From the NCBI GenBank assembly GCA_020852275.1, contig JADZBE010000026.1, positions 116,316-180,315 of the forward strand: a stretch of 64,000 nucleotides of DNA, in the 5' to 3' direction. Shown piece by piece: positions 34,435-44,672 of this stretch (positions are counted from its first letter, which is position 1; each line of letters begins with the position of its first letter). The translations under genes and the position numbers were made by a program. The stretch is from Phycisphaerales bacterium. Lineage in GTDB: Bacteria; Planctomycetota; Phycisphaerae; UBA1845. The notes under the pieces were generated by a model. It saw only the letters and a program-made list of their open reading frames with translations. It made no database searches and was not told the origin of the DNA.

Positions 34435-34836
34435 CTATCTTTCCTGCTCGCGGAGCCAGGCGATGACGTCACGGTGCATCGGCGCCATCGAGGCTGAAGC
34501 CAGGTCCGCAGGCGCCGCCCAGCGATGAACCAGCGGCGATTGAAAGCCCGCTTGTTCTCCTAGAATGCCGCAAAAAAAGTACCTCAGCACGACCGGCTCG
34601 GCCCCAACGATCGCTGGAATCGGCGGCATGCCCACGTCGATCTCCAGCTCCATGCCGAGCAGCGCCCGGCCCACGCGGCGCATCGCGGCCTCGGCGGACT
34701 CTCCGGGTTCCCACCGTCCGCGAGGAAATTCCCAAGAGTCCGTCTGGGGCGCGTCTGCGGGCCGACAGAGGAGGAAGGCATTGTCGAACCGTTGGATCAG
34801 CCCGATGACGAGTGTGTCCTGCCCGCGTTCAGCCAT
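34435..34836 (-). CDS. Nudix-fold protein with degenerate Nudix box
   Basis: GRWEPGESAEAAMRRVGRALLGMEL aligns to the Nudix box GX5EX7REUXEEXGU. The REUXEE glutamates are replaced, reading R-V-G-R-A-L. The start overlaps the upstream gene by 8 nt. Confidence 0.65.
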   Translation of the reverse strand: MAERGQDTLVIGLIQRFDNAFLLCRPADAPQTDSWEFPRGRWEPGESAEAAMRRVGRALLGMELEIDVGMPPIPAIVGAEPVVLRYFFCGILGEQAGFQSPLVHRWAAPADLASASMAPMHRDVIAWLREQER

Positions 34837-35602
34837 ACAGGGTCGAACCTGCCGGGAGGGTTTCGGATGCGGCCGAACGCCGCGGGACGAGCGTCCACGT
34901 CAGCGATGCGATGCCGAAGGAGAACAGCACGACGGAGAGCACCACGCGGATGACCCACGACCAGCGTCGCTGCCCGCGCGTCAACTCCTTCGTCACGTGC
35001 TCGATCGAGCCTTTCTCGAAGCGCCCGCTTTGCGTGACCCAGCGGACGTAACCCAGTGCGCCGCCCGGCGGGTAGCGATCCTCAACAGACCGCTCCACCG
35101 ACGTCTCGACGTGCCGCATGTAGGCGTCCTTGGTCATGCCCTCAGGCAGGCGCTGCCGGGCGTCCACGGCCTGCTTGGCCATGTCGTGCGGAAGCCCGTC
35201 GATCTCCCATTTCATCGACGTGCCCAACCCGACAAGGACGATCAGGGTCGTACCGGCCACGACTTGCCACCGTGGCAGGCGGGCGCCTTTCCCCGCCGCG
35301 CGACAGACCGTGGCGCCAATGAGCAGCCCGAAAAGCGCGTAGAAAAACAGGCCCAGGAACGCCATCAGAAAGGCGACGTACGAAAGCAGGATGCCGAGGG
35401 GGATCGCCAGCGCGCAGCCGGCGAGGATGGCCCGCAGCCATCGCGGATCGAAGCCCCGCGCCGGGGCGGCTTCTGCGGCGAGGTGCTCCGGCGCGCAGGC
35501 TGCAGCGCTCGCCCCCATGCCGGTCGCGGTGTTTGTCGCCGCCGCCGCTCTGCTCGTGTCCGCCACGTCCCCCACTGCTGCCCTTTCAGTCGCTTTCCGC
35601 AT
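34829..35602 (-). CDS. Hypothetical membrane protein (about 4 TM helices with a soluble loop domain)
   Basis: The hydrophobic helices are WLRAILAGCALAIPLGILLSYVAFLMAFLGLFFYALFGLLIGA, VVAGTTLIVLVGLG and WSWVIRVVLSVVLFSFGIASL. It overlaps the DUF190 stop and the Nudix start. The start codon is uncertain (ATG 35602 or 35518). Confidence 0.6.
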   Translation of the reverse strand: MRKATERAAVGDVADTSRAAAATNTATGMGASAAACAPEHLAAEAAPARGFDPRWLRAILAGCALAIPLGILLSYVAFLMAFLGLFFYALFGLLIGATVCRAAGKGARLPRWQVVAGTTLIVLVGLGTSMKWEIDGLPHDMAKQAVDARQRLPEGMTKDAYMRHVETSVERSVEDRYPPGGALGYVRWVTQSGRFEKGSIEHVTKELTRGQRRWSWVIRVVLSVVLFSFGIASLTWTLVPRRSAASETLPAGSTLYG

Positions 35603-35930
35603 CCGAGCGGTAGATCAACACCTGCACGTCTTCCAGCGTGACCAGCCCCTCACGCACCATCTGCTGCAGCACGGGAAGAAAGGCGTCGATCTTGACGCGC
35701 TCGTCCACGATCTCGATCACCATCGGCATGTCCTCGCTGAGCCGCAGCACCTTGGCCGTGTGCAGCCGGGAGTGAGCGCCGAAACCCATCACGCCTTTCA
35801 GAACCGTCGCGCCGGCGAGGTGCATCTGCCGCGCCTTCTGCACGATGGCCTCGTAGAGCGGGGCATGTTGCCACCGATCCGACTCGCCGACGAATACCCG
35901 CAGCAAGATCCCCTGCATGGGCGTGGTCAT
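35586..35930 (-). CDS. DUF190 (PII-like, CrcB-associated) protein
   Basis: The ORF is trimmed to ATG 35930. LLRVFVGESDRWQHAPLYEAIVQKARQMHLAGATVLKGVMGFG matches the DUF190/UPF0166 pattern. The gene lies immediately downstream of crcB. Confidence 0.75.
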   Translation of the reverse strand: MTTPMQGILLRVFVGESDRWQHAPLYEAIVQKARQMHLAGATVLKGVMGFGAHSRLHTAKVLRLSEDMPMVIEIVDERVKIDAFLPVLQQMVREGLVTLEDVQVLIYRSDAESD

Positions 35931-36048
35931 GTTCAGCTCCGAGCGTCGCCGATACGCCCGCACGTCGTCGGCAAGCCCACGCGGCGCCATCTCCGCCCGA
36001 TCCACAGGACGAGGGCCGTCCATGTCCGCGCCCTCGCGCGCGGGACCT

Positions 36049-36444
36049 TCAGGGAATGGACATCCGCCGCGCCAGCGCCTGCCCCAGCCACACGGCCGCC
36101 ATGCAGGAGACCAGGCTCCCGCCCGCGTTCAGCGTGGCGCGCAGCACATCGTGATCCTGAATCAGCTTCAGCGTCTCCCACGAGAAGGTGCTGAACGTCG
36201 TGAAGCCGCCCAGCACGCCGACCAGCACGCCCAGCCGGATCCGGGGGTCGGCGCTGCTCATCTCAAACCGTGTCGCCAGAAAGCCCATCATGAGGCAGCC
36301 GACGATGTTGACCGTCAGCGTCCCGAGCGGAAACCCGGCTCGGTCCTGCTGCACCCAACCCGCCAGCGCATATCGAAGCGCGCTCCCGGCCCCGCCCCCC
36401 AGCGCGATCCAGAACAGCTTGGAAAACCACGGCTCTACGACCAT
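36049..36444 (-). CDS. crcB: Fluoride ion channel CrcB/FluC
   Basis: Four TM helices are present. Family motifs are GGGAGSALRY, GTLTVNIVGCLMMGF and LGGFTTFSTFSWE. The start is taken at ATG 36444, with GTG 36456 as an alternative. Confidence 0.85.
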   Translation of the reverse strand: MVVEPWFSKLFWIALGGGAGSALRYALAGWVQQDRAGFPLGTLTVNIVGCLMMGFLATRFEMSSADPRIRLGVLVGVLGGFTTFSTFSWETLKLIQDHDVLRATLNAGGSLVSCMAAVWLGQALARRMSIP

Positions 36445-36853
36445 CGACGCGCACACGCCTTACCCTACCTCGCAAGCCCTTCGCGTGGAAGCGCGGCAAC
36501 ACCTTCGGAGCGGGTAGAGGTTCGGGGCGCTTCAGGCGGACGGATGTTCGTGGCGGCAGCAACGGACGGAACCTGCCGAAGCGCCTTCAATGGACGCCGC
36601 TTGCCGCCGCCCCTGCCGGGGCGGAATGGTCCTTTCCCAACCGATCCACGGGTTCCGGTTGCTACGCGACCGTCACCCGCGGCTGCATCCCATTGGTCCG
36701 CCGGGGCAACATGCGGATGCACCGCTGTCATTCCGGAACCTACACCGGAAGGTGGCGAACAATCGGAGGTATGCCGAAACAGATCCGCGGTTCAGCGCGC
36801 ATCGAGGGTCCGCGCGAACTGAAGTCGCGGCGCGCACAGATTCTGGACAGGTT

Positions 36854-39040
36854 CTACTCCACGGCCGGGGGGACGACGCGGAGGCGGACGACCACGGTCG
36901 GCCTTCCGCGTAGATCCGGCGCGAGCCCAAACATCACCGGCGCCCGAGCGCGCGGCGCTACCCCCCGCCCCGCAATCACCCGTTCTCCGGCCACGATGTC
37001 CGTCGCGGGGGCATCGTAGTTGAACGGCGCCCGGCGAGAAAGCGGATCCATTTCCTTAAGTACTTCATCACTCGCCGATGGCTCAGACTCCGCCGCGGCG
37101 GATGCCGGCCTGCCCCCAAGCTCGTCCTTTCCGCCGCGAATGGCGAGCGCGCGGCGGCGGCGTTCGACGAGCGACGAGTCGCGCGATTCGGCCGGCGCTT
37201 CCGTCGCGTCGTCATCGACGTAACCCAATCCGCGAAGCGCGGCCCGCTCGCGCGCCGAAGGCGGCGCCTGCGGCTCGGCAGCGGCAACCCTCTTGCCCAG
37301 GGGGGTAGAGCTTGGCTCCGGCGCAGCTTGGTCCGCGACCTCAGCATCCGCCGACCGGGTTGCCGGCGCCCCCGCGGCAGCGTCAACGGGAGGCGCGTTT
37401 TCGGCCGAGGTGTTTTCGGCCGGCGCGACTGGCTTGGCGGCTTTGGCCTTCTTCTCGCTAGAAGCGGGCCGCCGTGCGGCGGGTTTTGCAGGTTCGATCG
37501 CCGCGCCACCCGACGGCGGCGGCTTGTCGGTTTGTTTGGCTTCGAGCGCGCCCTCGCCGCGATCCACGGGGGCATCAACCCCGGCTTGCGGCGGTGTCCC
37601 GCGCTCCGCGAGCGCGACCCGCACCTGAGTTGCGGATTCTTCAGCCTTGGCGCTGGGATCCTTTTTGCGCGAGTCCTTGTCGTCGTGAGCCGTGGCGTCC
37701 GGTTCATTCCGCATGGTCTCAGCGACCCCGGCGAAGCGTCCCTCGTCCTCGGAGGGCGCTCCGGGAGCAAGACCCGTGCTCCCGTCGGCGCCGCGCTGCT
37801 TCTCTGCCAGCGGTTCGGCGGCCTGCGGCGCGGACGAGTCGCCACCCGGCACCAGGAGGACGCCGACCAGATCTCGCACAGCGGCCTCAGCGCTGACCTG
37901 CCGCGCATCGAGCAGGGGCGGAGGCGACTCCTGCTCGGCTTCATCCTCGGTGGGAACCCGCTCCTTATCCGTATTGAGGCGCAACGCGAAGTACCCCAAT
38001 GACGTTGTCTCCGCATCCCCCGCCAAGAGGGTTTGCGCCGACTTCCACCCCGTACCCACCACCAAACCGCTGCGCATCTCGGGTCGCGCGTCCGCGGCGC
38101 TGTGCTCAACCGCCTCGATCACGCCGGTCCACTGCTCGGCGGGAAGGCACACGATGAACTGCTTCTCCTCCGCGAGGGAGTAGTTGACGCCCAGTTTGCC
38201 CTCGGCGAAGGCGGCGCCCGCCGGAACTTCATCGGTCAGCGCGAGGTTCACGGCGCCGGCGTCCTTCAACGCTTTCAGCAGCGTCCGCATCACTTCGTTC
38301 CGCTGCTCGTCGCTGGTGCATTCGATGGTCAGTTCGGAGGATTCCGTATCGAAATGGTGCTTCCGCAGGGTCTCGAGGCCCACGCCGGCCTCGATTTTCT
38401 GCGCCAGACTTGCGGACGCGAGCAGCCGCTCAGTCAGCGGCGAGGGCACCGACCCGCTGTTCAAGTCGGAGCCTTCGCCGGCGACTGGAGCGCCGCGAGA
38501 CCAACTCCGGTCGGCGGGCTTTCGAGCCAAAGCAGCACCTTCGTCGAGGGCCTTCTCCTCCGTCAGCGTCGCGCTCTCGCCCCGTTCTGAAAGCGGCTTG
38601 CCCAAGTAGTGTGACTCCGGCGCGGCACGCTCGCCAGATGCCGAAACGAGTCGATCGGGCGGCGTCGTCGGCGTGCGCCAGTGATCCAGTTGCCACCACA
38701 GCAGCGACGCGAACGTCAGCACCGCGGCCGCGGCGAAGACGGACCACCCAGCCCTGCGCGACAAGCGGGCGCCGGGCGCCGTCGGGCGCTGCTCGCCCAG
38801 CAGGGCATCTCGTTCCAGTTGTGCGGAAATGCTCGATGCGAGATCTTGCGGGGCAAAGCGACGCGGCAGCGCGAGCAGGCCTTCCCGCACGGCTTTGAGG
38901 TTGTCCAGCAGCGCGCGGGCCTCCGCACTCTCGCGCAGCAGCCGCTCCACCTCCTGCTGTTCCCGCGGCGCAAGTTCGCCGTCGAGATAGGCCGAAAGGA
39001 GTTCGCCCTGCGAGCCTGAAGTTGGAACCGGCATGGTCAC
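36854..39040 (-). CDS. Anti-sigma factor with single TM helix and very long low-complexity extracytoplasmic region
   Basis: The N-terminus LLSAYLDGELAPREQQEVERLLRESAEARALLDNLKAVREGL is a typical ECF anti-sigma domain. The TM helix is WSVFAAAAVLTFASLLWWQL. The gene lies 36 nt downstream of the ECF sigma gene. The remaining ~600 aa are largely A/P/E/S-rich. Confidence 0.7.
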   Translation of the reverse strand: MTMPVPTSGSQGELLSAYLDGELAPREQQEVERLLRESAEARALLDNLKAVREGLLALPRRFAPQDLASSISAQLERDALLGEQRPTAPGARLSRRAGWSVFAAAAVLTFASLLWWQLDHWRTPTTPPDRLVSASGERAAPESHYLGKPLSERGESATLTEEKALDEGAALARKPADRSWSRGAPVAGEGSDLNSGSVPSPLTERLLASASLAQKIEAGVGLETLRKHHFDTESSELTIECTSDEQRNEVMRTLLKALKDAGAVNLALTDEVPAGAAFAEGKLGVNYSLAEEKQFIVCLPAEQWTGVIEAVEHSAADARPEMRSGLVVGTGWKSAQTLLAGDAETTSLGYFALRLNTDKERVPTEDEAEQESPPPLLDARQVSAEAAVRDLVGVLLVPGGDSSAPQAAEPLAEKQRGADGSTGLAPGAPSEDEGRFAGVAETMRNEPDATAHDDKDSRKKDPSAKAEESATQVRVALAERGTPPQAGVDAPVDRGEGALEAKQTDKPPPSGGAAIEPAKPAARRPASSEKKAKAAKPVAPAENTSAENAPPVDAAAGAPATRSADAEVADQAAPEPSSTPLGKRVAAAEPQAPPSARERAALRGLGYVDDDATEAPAESRDSSLVERRRRALAIRGGKDELGGRPASAAAESEPSASDEVLKEMDPLSRRAPFNYDAPATDIVAGERVIAGRGVAPRARAPVMFGLAPDLRGRPTVVVRLRVVPPAVE

Positions 39041-39076
39041 GAGTCATTCCATCCGCGAGCGAATCCGCTGATCCTC

Positions 39077-39892
39077 TCAGGTTCTTCCTGTGGTCCCCGC
39101 TCTTGTTCGCTCCGCAGGCTGCACCAGAGCGGCAAGCTCCTGCCGTCCCCGGTGCAGCCTTGATCGCACCGTGCCCACGGGCACGTCGAGAATCTCCGCG
39201 ATCCGTGCGTAATCCAGTCCTTCAATGTCGCGCAACACGACGACGGCGCGATGGTCTTCGTCCAGCATGCGCAAGCCCGCCGCCAGCCGCTGCCGTAGCT
39301 CGCCCTGCGCGACGGCTTCGTCGGGCGCGGCTTCCTGCCGGTCCTCGATCGACGCGCCCAAGGCGGCGTGATCCTCGCCGTCGCCGCCCGACCGGCCGTC
39401 CAGCGGGATCGCGGCGCGATGCTTCATCTTGCGCCGGTGGGAGATCGCCAGGTTCACCGCGATCCGAAACAGCCATGTGTAGAATCGGCTGTCCAGGCGG
39501 AAGTCGCCCAGCCGCCGGAACGCGTTCAGGAAGGCCTCCTGCGTCAGGTCGCGCGCGTCCTCGGTGTTGCCGCAGATCCGCCAGCACGTGTTGTGCACGC
39601 GGTCCTGGTAGCGCGTCACCAGTAGACCAAAGCTCGACGCCTCGCCCCCCTGCACCTTGCGGATCAGGTCGATATCGGACGGTCCGCAGTCCTCAATGCC
39701 CGATGGGCCGGGATTCGTGTCTCCGACCCGCCTGAGGTCCTTGCCTTCGGACAGCCCGGTTCGTTTTCCCTCGGCATGACCGGCGACCTTGCCGTCGTTG
39801 CCGCGTGGATCGCCGTCCCTGGATGTTCGACGCATGGGCACGCTGGTGGTTCCCCGCCGGGCGGAAGCGGCCGTTGCCTCCCCCTGCATCAT
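39077..39892 (-). CDS. ECF (sigma-24 type) RNA polymerase sigma factor
   Basis: Region 2 reads [38 protein letters not shown]...[18 protein letters not shown]. Region 4 reads [37 protein letters not shown]. The start is uncertain (ATG 39892 chosen, 39835 also possible). The full ORF would collide with the ahcY start. Confidence 0.85.
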   Translation of the reverse strand: MMQGEATAASARRGTTSVPMRRTSRDGDPRGNDGKVAGHAEGKRTGLSEGKDLRRVGDTNPGPSGIEDCGPSDIDLIRKVQGGEASSFGLLVTRYQDRVHNTCWRICGNTEDARDLTQEAFLNAFRRLGDFRLDSRFYTWLFRIAVNLAISHRRKMKHRAAIPLDGRSGGDGEDHAALGASIEDRQEAAPDEAVAQGELRQRLAAGLRMLDEDHRAVVVLRDIEGLDYARIAEILDVPVGTVRSRLHRGRQELAALVQPAERTRAGTTGRT

Positions 39893-40082
39893 GTGTAAAC
39901 GCCACTTGCCCGTCAAAGGTTGCTGGAATAATCTCGCTAGAAGGCCGATGGAGCGAGGGGTTCTCGGGCCGGGAACCCGGCGACTTCGACGCTGCGCGGC
40001 CCTGCGGTGCATCGCCGCGCCGCTCGGGGCGATCGGCCGGGCGACATTCGACTTCCCTTGTTCAAGGAAAGAGATACACACC

Positions 40083-41540
<1,458 letters not shown>

Positions 41541-41626
41541 AAGCCCCGCCGAGGAACGAGGTTCACGAATCAGGCCCCTTGCTGGGATGGGCGTCTGCAG
41601 CGATGCTCACCTTTGGGTAGGGCGTC

Positions 41627-43027
41627 ATGTCGAAGATCCTTCACCGCGGATGGGGACCACGACGGTTCATCGCCTGCACGCCGTTGTGCGTGGCGCTGGG
41701 ACTTTGCGTCGAGGCGCCCGGCCAAACCCAGACCCCATCTCCCGGCAGGACGCTCGAAAACGCGCTCTGGACCGTCGAGTTGAAGGCGCCGTCGTTCGGA
41801 TCGGCCGCCGCCGCAGACCTCAACGGCGATGGCAAGCCCGACGTCGTGTTCGGGACATATTTCAACGACGCGCACGTTTACGCGATCAGCGGCGGCGACG
41901 GATCGATCCTCTGGAAGTTCAAATCGGAAGGCGGTCCCTTCGACGCGTCCATCCTTCTGTATGACGTCAACCGCGACGGCCAGGTCGAAGTCGTGTTCGC
42001 CGATTCTTCTACCGGGACGTTGTTCTGCTTAAACGGCAAGGGCGAAGTGCTCTGGAAATTCAAGGGTCAGAGCAGCACGGACTCTCCGCCGGCCGCGGCG
42101 GACATCAACGGCGGCGGCGACATCGAAATCGTGTACGGCACAATGAAATCGGACGCTAAGAGCGGTCACGTCAACTGCCTGAAAGGCGCCACCGGCGAGC
42201 GCGTATGGTCGGTTCCCGTCCCGGGACACATTCAATCCGAACCGGCGCTGGTGGATCTGGACGGCGACGGCGACCTCGACGTTCTGGTCACCAACTGGAT
42301 GGGGGACAACAAGCTGCGCGCGCTGTCGGGCAAGGACGGCAAGGAGCTCTGGGCCTTTGACACCGCCGACTGGGTCTACCACGGGACGAGCGTAGGTGAT
42401 TTCGACGCTGACCAGAAGCCGGAAGTCGTCGTCGCGGACCGCAAGGGACACGTCTGGATGCTCAAGGGTTCAAGCGGCGAAGCAATCTGGCAGGCCGCCC
42501 TGGAGGGCGAGCGCGACGGTTCGGTGTTCGCGCCAATGACGCTGGTGGACGTTGATGGCGACGCGGTCTTTGAAATTGCGGTGTGCGGTCAGGCGCTGCA
42601 CTTGCTTGATGCCAAGGGCAAGGTGCGCTGGCGCAACGCGTACGGTTTCCAGTCGATCGCCCGGGGCGCCTCGGTGGCGGACGTCGACAGCGACGGCAAG
42701 CCCGAACTGGTATTTGGAGAAGGCACGCGTATTCGCGCGGTCCACGCGGACACGGGAACGGAGGTCTTCGCGTTCGACTTGAGAATCGGCGACGATCCCT
42801 TTGAGGGCATAGACCACGCTCCGCTCCTGCTTGATCTAAACGGTGATGGCAAGTTGGACGTGTTCGCCGTTTGCGGCCGGGGGATCAGCGACCCGGACGA
42901 AGCCAAGGGGATGAAGCGCAATTACGGTCGCGCCGTGGCGTTTCCAACGCCCAAGGGCAAGGCGGGCAAGGACAACGCTTGGCTGACGTTCCGAGGCGGC
43001 GCGCGGCGCACGGGTGCGCGCGAGTAG
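41627..43027 (+). CDS. Secreted beta-propeller protein with FG-GAP/PQQ-like repeats
   Basis: A signal-like N-terminus is present. Motifs of the type ADLNGDGKPDVVFG, YDVNRDGQVEVVFA, ADINGGGDIEIVYG and VDLDGDGDLDVLV repeat. They alternate with G-G-ILWKF/LWAF beta-strand motifs. Confidence 0.65.
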   Translation: MSKILHRGWGPRRFIACTPLCVALGLCVEAPGQTQTPSPGRTLENALWTVELKAPSFGSAAAADLNGDGKPDVVFGTYFNDAHVYAISGGDGSILWKFKSEGGPFDASILLYDVNRDGQVEVVFADSSTGTLFCLNGKGEVLWKFKGQSSTDSPPAAADINGGGDIEIVYGTMKSDAKSGHVNCLKGATGERVWSVPVPGHIQSEPALVDLDGDGDLDVLVTNWMGDNKLRALSGKDGKELWAFDTADWVYHGTSVGDFDADQKPEVVVADRKGHVWMLKGSSGEAIWQAALEGERDGSVFAPMTLVDVDGDAVFEIAVCGQALHLLDAKGKVRWRNAYGFQSIARGASVADVDSDGKPELVFGEGTRIRAVHADTGTEVFAFDLRIGDDPFEGIDHAPLLLDLNGDGKLDVFAVCGRGISDPDEAKGMKRNYGRAVAFPTPKGKAGKDNAWLTFRGGARRTGARE

Positions 43028-43166
43028 TTCGCGCCAAGGATCGGAGCAGGTTTCGGCGCGACCATCAAGCGTCGAACGCATAGGAAAAAGGGGGCAGGGG
43101 ATCAGAAAGGCAATCCCACGCGGCACGGAAGGGCCGCTGAAGCCGCATACGTACAGGTATTAGGCG

Positions 43167-43592
43167 ATGTCACGCAAGGATTCAGATGAGGCGTGGATCA
43201 TTGACGTGTGCGACAAGGTTCTGGGTTTGACCGCCTCAAGGCAACACACGTTTCCGTTTCTGGTCGGTGACACGGGTCGCAAGCTCCCGGTAGATGCATA
43301 CTATGAAAAACTGAACCTTGTGATTGAATACCGGGAGAAACAGCATACAGAGTCGGTTCCACACTTTGATAAACGAATGACCGTGAGCGGAGTTCACAGA
43401 GGCGAACAACGGAAGCTCTACGACCAGCGCCGACGCGATGTACTGTCAAAGCACGGAATTCAACTGGTTGAACTGGCTGTGGCGGATTTCAGGCATTCCG
43501 CGCGGATGCGCCTGGACCGTGATTCCGATGACGCTGAACGTGTGATTCAAATGAAGCTGGCGAATTGGATCGCCCTTTCGCCGACGAAGTGA
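43167..43592 (+). CDS. DUF559/Vsr-like (PD-(D/E)xK-type) endonuclease-domain protein, orphan in low-G+C islet
   Basis: LPVDAYYEKLNLVIEYREKQH...LYDQRRRDVLSKHGIQLVEL parallels the DUF559 pattern (VDF...lvvE-DG-qH...D--R---L---G--V-R). Visibly lower G+C than the surrounding genes. Confidence 0.5.
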   Translation: MSRKDSDEAWIIDVCDKVLGLTASRQHTFPFLVGDTGRKLPVDAYYEKLNLVIEYREKQHTESVPHFDKRMTVSGVHRGEQRKLYDQRRRDVLSKHGIQLVELAVADFRHSARMRLDRDSDDAERVIQMKLANWIALSPTK

Positions 43593-43754
43593 TGAGAATC
43601 ACTTGCTTCGAGTCCAACGATGGCCGTGTCATCGGTTGCGCCCATTCGACCCCGACGGGGTCGGACGCCACAACCCCGTTGGGCTACCGCCCGGGGTGCA
43701 AATCGGTCGAGCGATTTTCCAGCGCGAGAACCCTTCCATCGCTGCGGCGAATCA

Positions 43755-43863
43755 CCAACTTGCGAGCCCGTGCCCCAACTTGCGAGCCCGTGTCCCAACT
43801 TGCGAGCCTGTGCCCCACCTGGAAATTCGGTGCCCCAACTGAGCAGCCGGCGCCCCAACCGGG
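43755..43863. repeat. 20-bp tandem array, 5.5 units with conserved frame CCAACT-N10-YGYC
   Basis: The units are:
- ccaacttgcgagcccgtgcc (43755)
- ccaacttgcgagcccgtgtc (43775)
- ccaacttgcgagcctgtgcc (43795)
- ccacctggaaattcggtgcc (43815)
- ccaactgagcagccggcgcc (43835)
- ccaaccggg (partial). Confidence 0.9.
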
Positions 43864-44081
43864 AATGATCTTCACTCCGTCCTTTCAGGGTTGGCTTGCC
43901 CCACCCCCGCCGACGCATCCCGGGTCGATAACTCCCGCAGCAGGATGGCAGGGGGGCCGCGTACCCGCTGCGCGACTTCCCATTCGCGGAGTTTGCGTTG
44001 GGCCGGCTTGCAGCACACTCACGGGCGTCAAGCTGCTGCGATCGGCATCCGATACTCCCGCGTGTAGCGGTTTTGACGACC

Positions 44082-44672
44082 ATGCGCGGGAAAACGAAGA
44101 AAGACGTTTTGACGACCGGCGAGATTGCACGGCTGTGCAACGTCGCGCCGCGCACCGTGGCCAAGTGGTTCGACACCGGAGAGCTGCGCGGCTACCGCAT
44201 CCCCGGCAGCCGCGATCGCCGCGTTCCGCTTCAGCAGCTCATCCGGTTCATGCGCCAACACCAGATGCCGCTCGAAGGACTGGACACCGGCGCCATCCGC
44301 GTGCTGCTCGTGGATGTCGGCCAATCTTACGCTCGCGCGCTCGAGCAGCAACTCGCCGCGGACCCGCGCTTCGAGGTCCACTTGGCCGGGTCCCTGTTTG
44401 AGGCGGGACTTCAGGCTGCGCTCGTCCGCCCACAGGTCCTTGTCATGAACCTGGCATTGCCCGGTGCGGACCCCGACGCGTTGATCGCCGCGCTGCGCGC
44501 ATGGGAACATGGCGGCGAGGTCCGCGCCATCGCCCTCGCCGCCGGGGTGAGCGACGAACAGGTCGAATCCCTTCTCCGCGCAGGGTTCCACTCCGTCTTG
44601 CGCGCGCCGATCGAAGCCGCGAAGCTGCGCCAACTGTGTGACCTCGGCGCGACCGGCGCTACGGACAGGTGA
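44082..44672 (+). CDS. Excisionase-type HTH DNA-binding domain fused to a receiver-like (pseudo-receiver) domain
   Basis: The ORF is trimmed to ATG 44082. The N-terminus LTTGEIARLCNVAPRTVAKWFDTGELRGYRIPGSRDRRVPLQQLIRF matches the excisionase/MerR-type HTH_17 pattern. The C-terminus has REC topology (IRVLLVDVG...VLVMNLALPG...). Asn sits where the phospho-acceptor Asp is expected. Confidence 0.7.
   Translation: MRGKTKKDVLTTGEIARLCNVAPRTVAKWFDTGELRGYRIPGSRDRRVPLQQLIRFMRQHQMPLEGLDTGAIRVLLVDVGQSYARALEQQLAADPRFEVHLAGSLFEAGLQAALVRPQVLVMNLALPGADPDALIAALRAWEHGGEVRAIALAAGVSDEQVESLLRAGFHSVLRAPIEAAKLRQLCDLGATGATDR

Noticed and set aside
36445-36853. A fluoride riboswitch (crcB motif) upstream of crcB.
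   Set aside because: I read the minus strand of this region. I could not find the conserved GGCGAUG…CC / …CUGAUGAUGCCUAC-like core or its pseudoknot arrangement. A covariance-model scan (RF01734) is still needed to be certain.
39893-40082. An SAH riboswitch in the ahcY leader.
   Set aside because: Only a loose GGAGCG…CGCTC pairing is visible. The conserved AGGAGCGCUGC and CAACGGCGCUCA blocks are not. The evidence is insufficient without an Infernal RF01057 scan.
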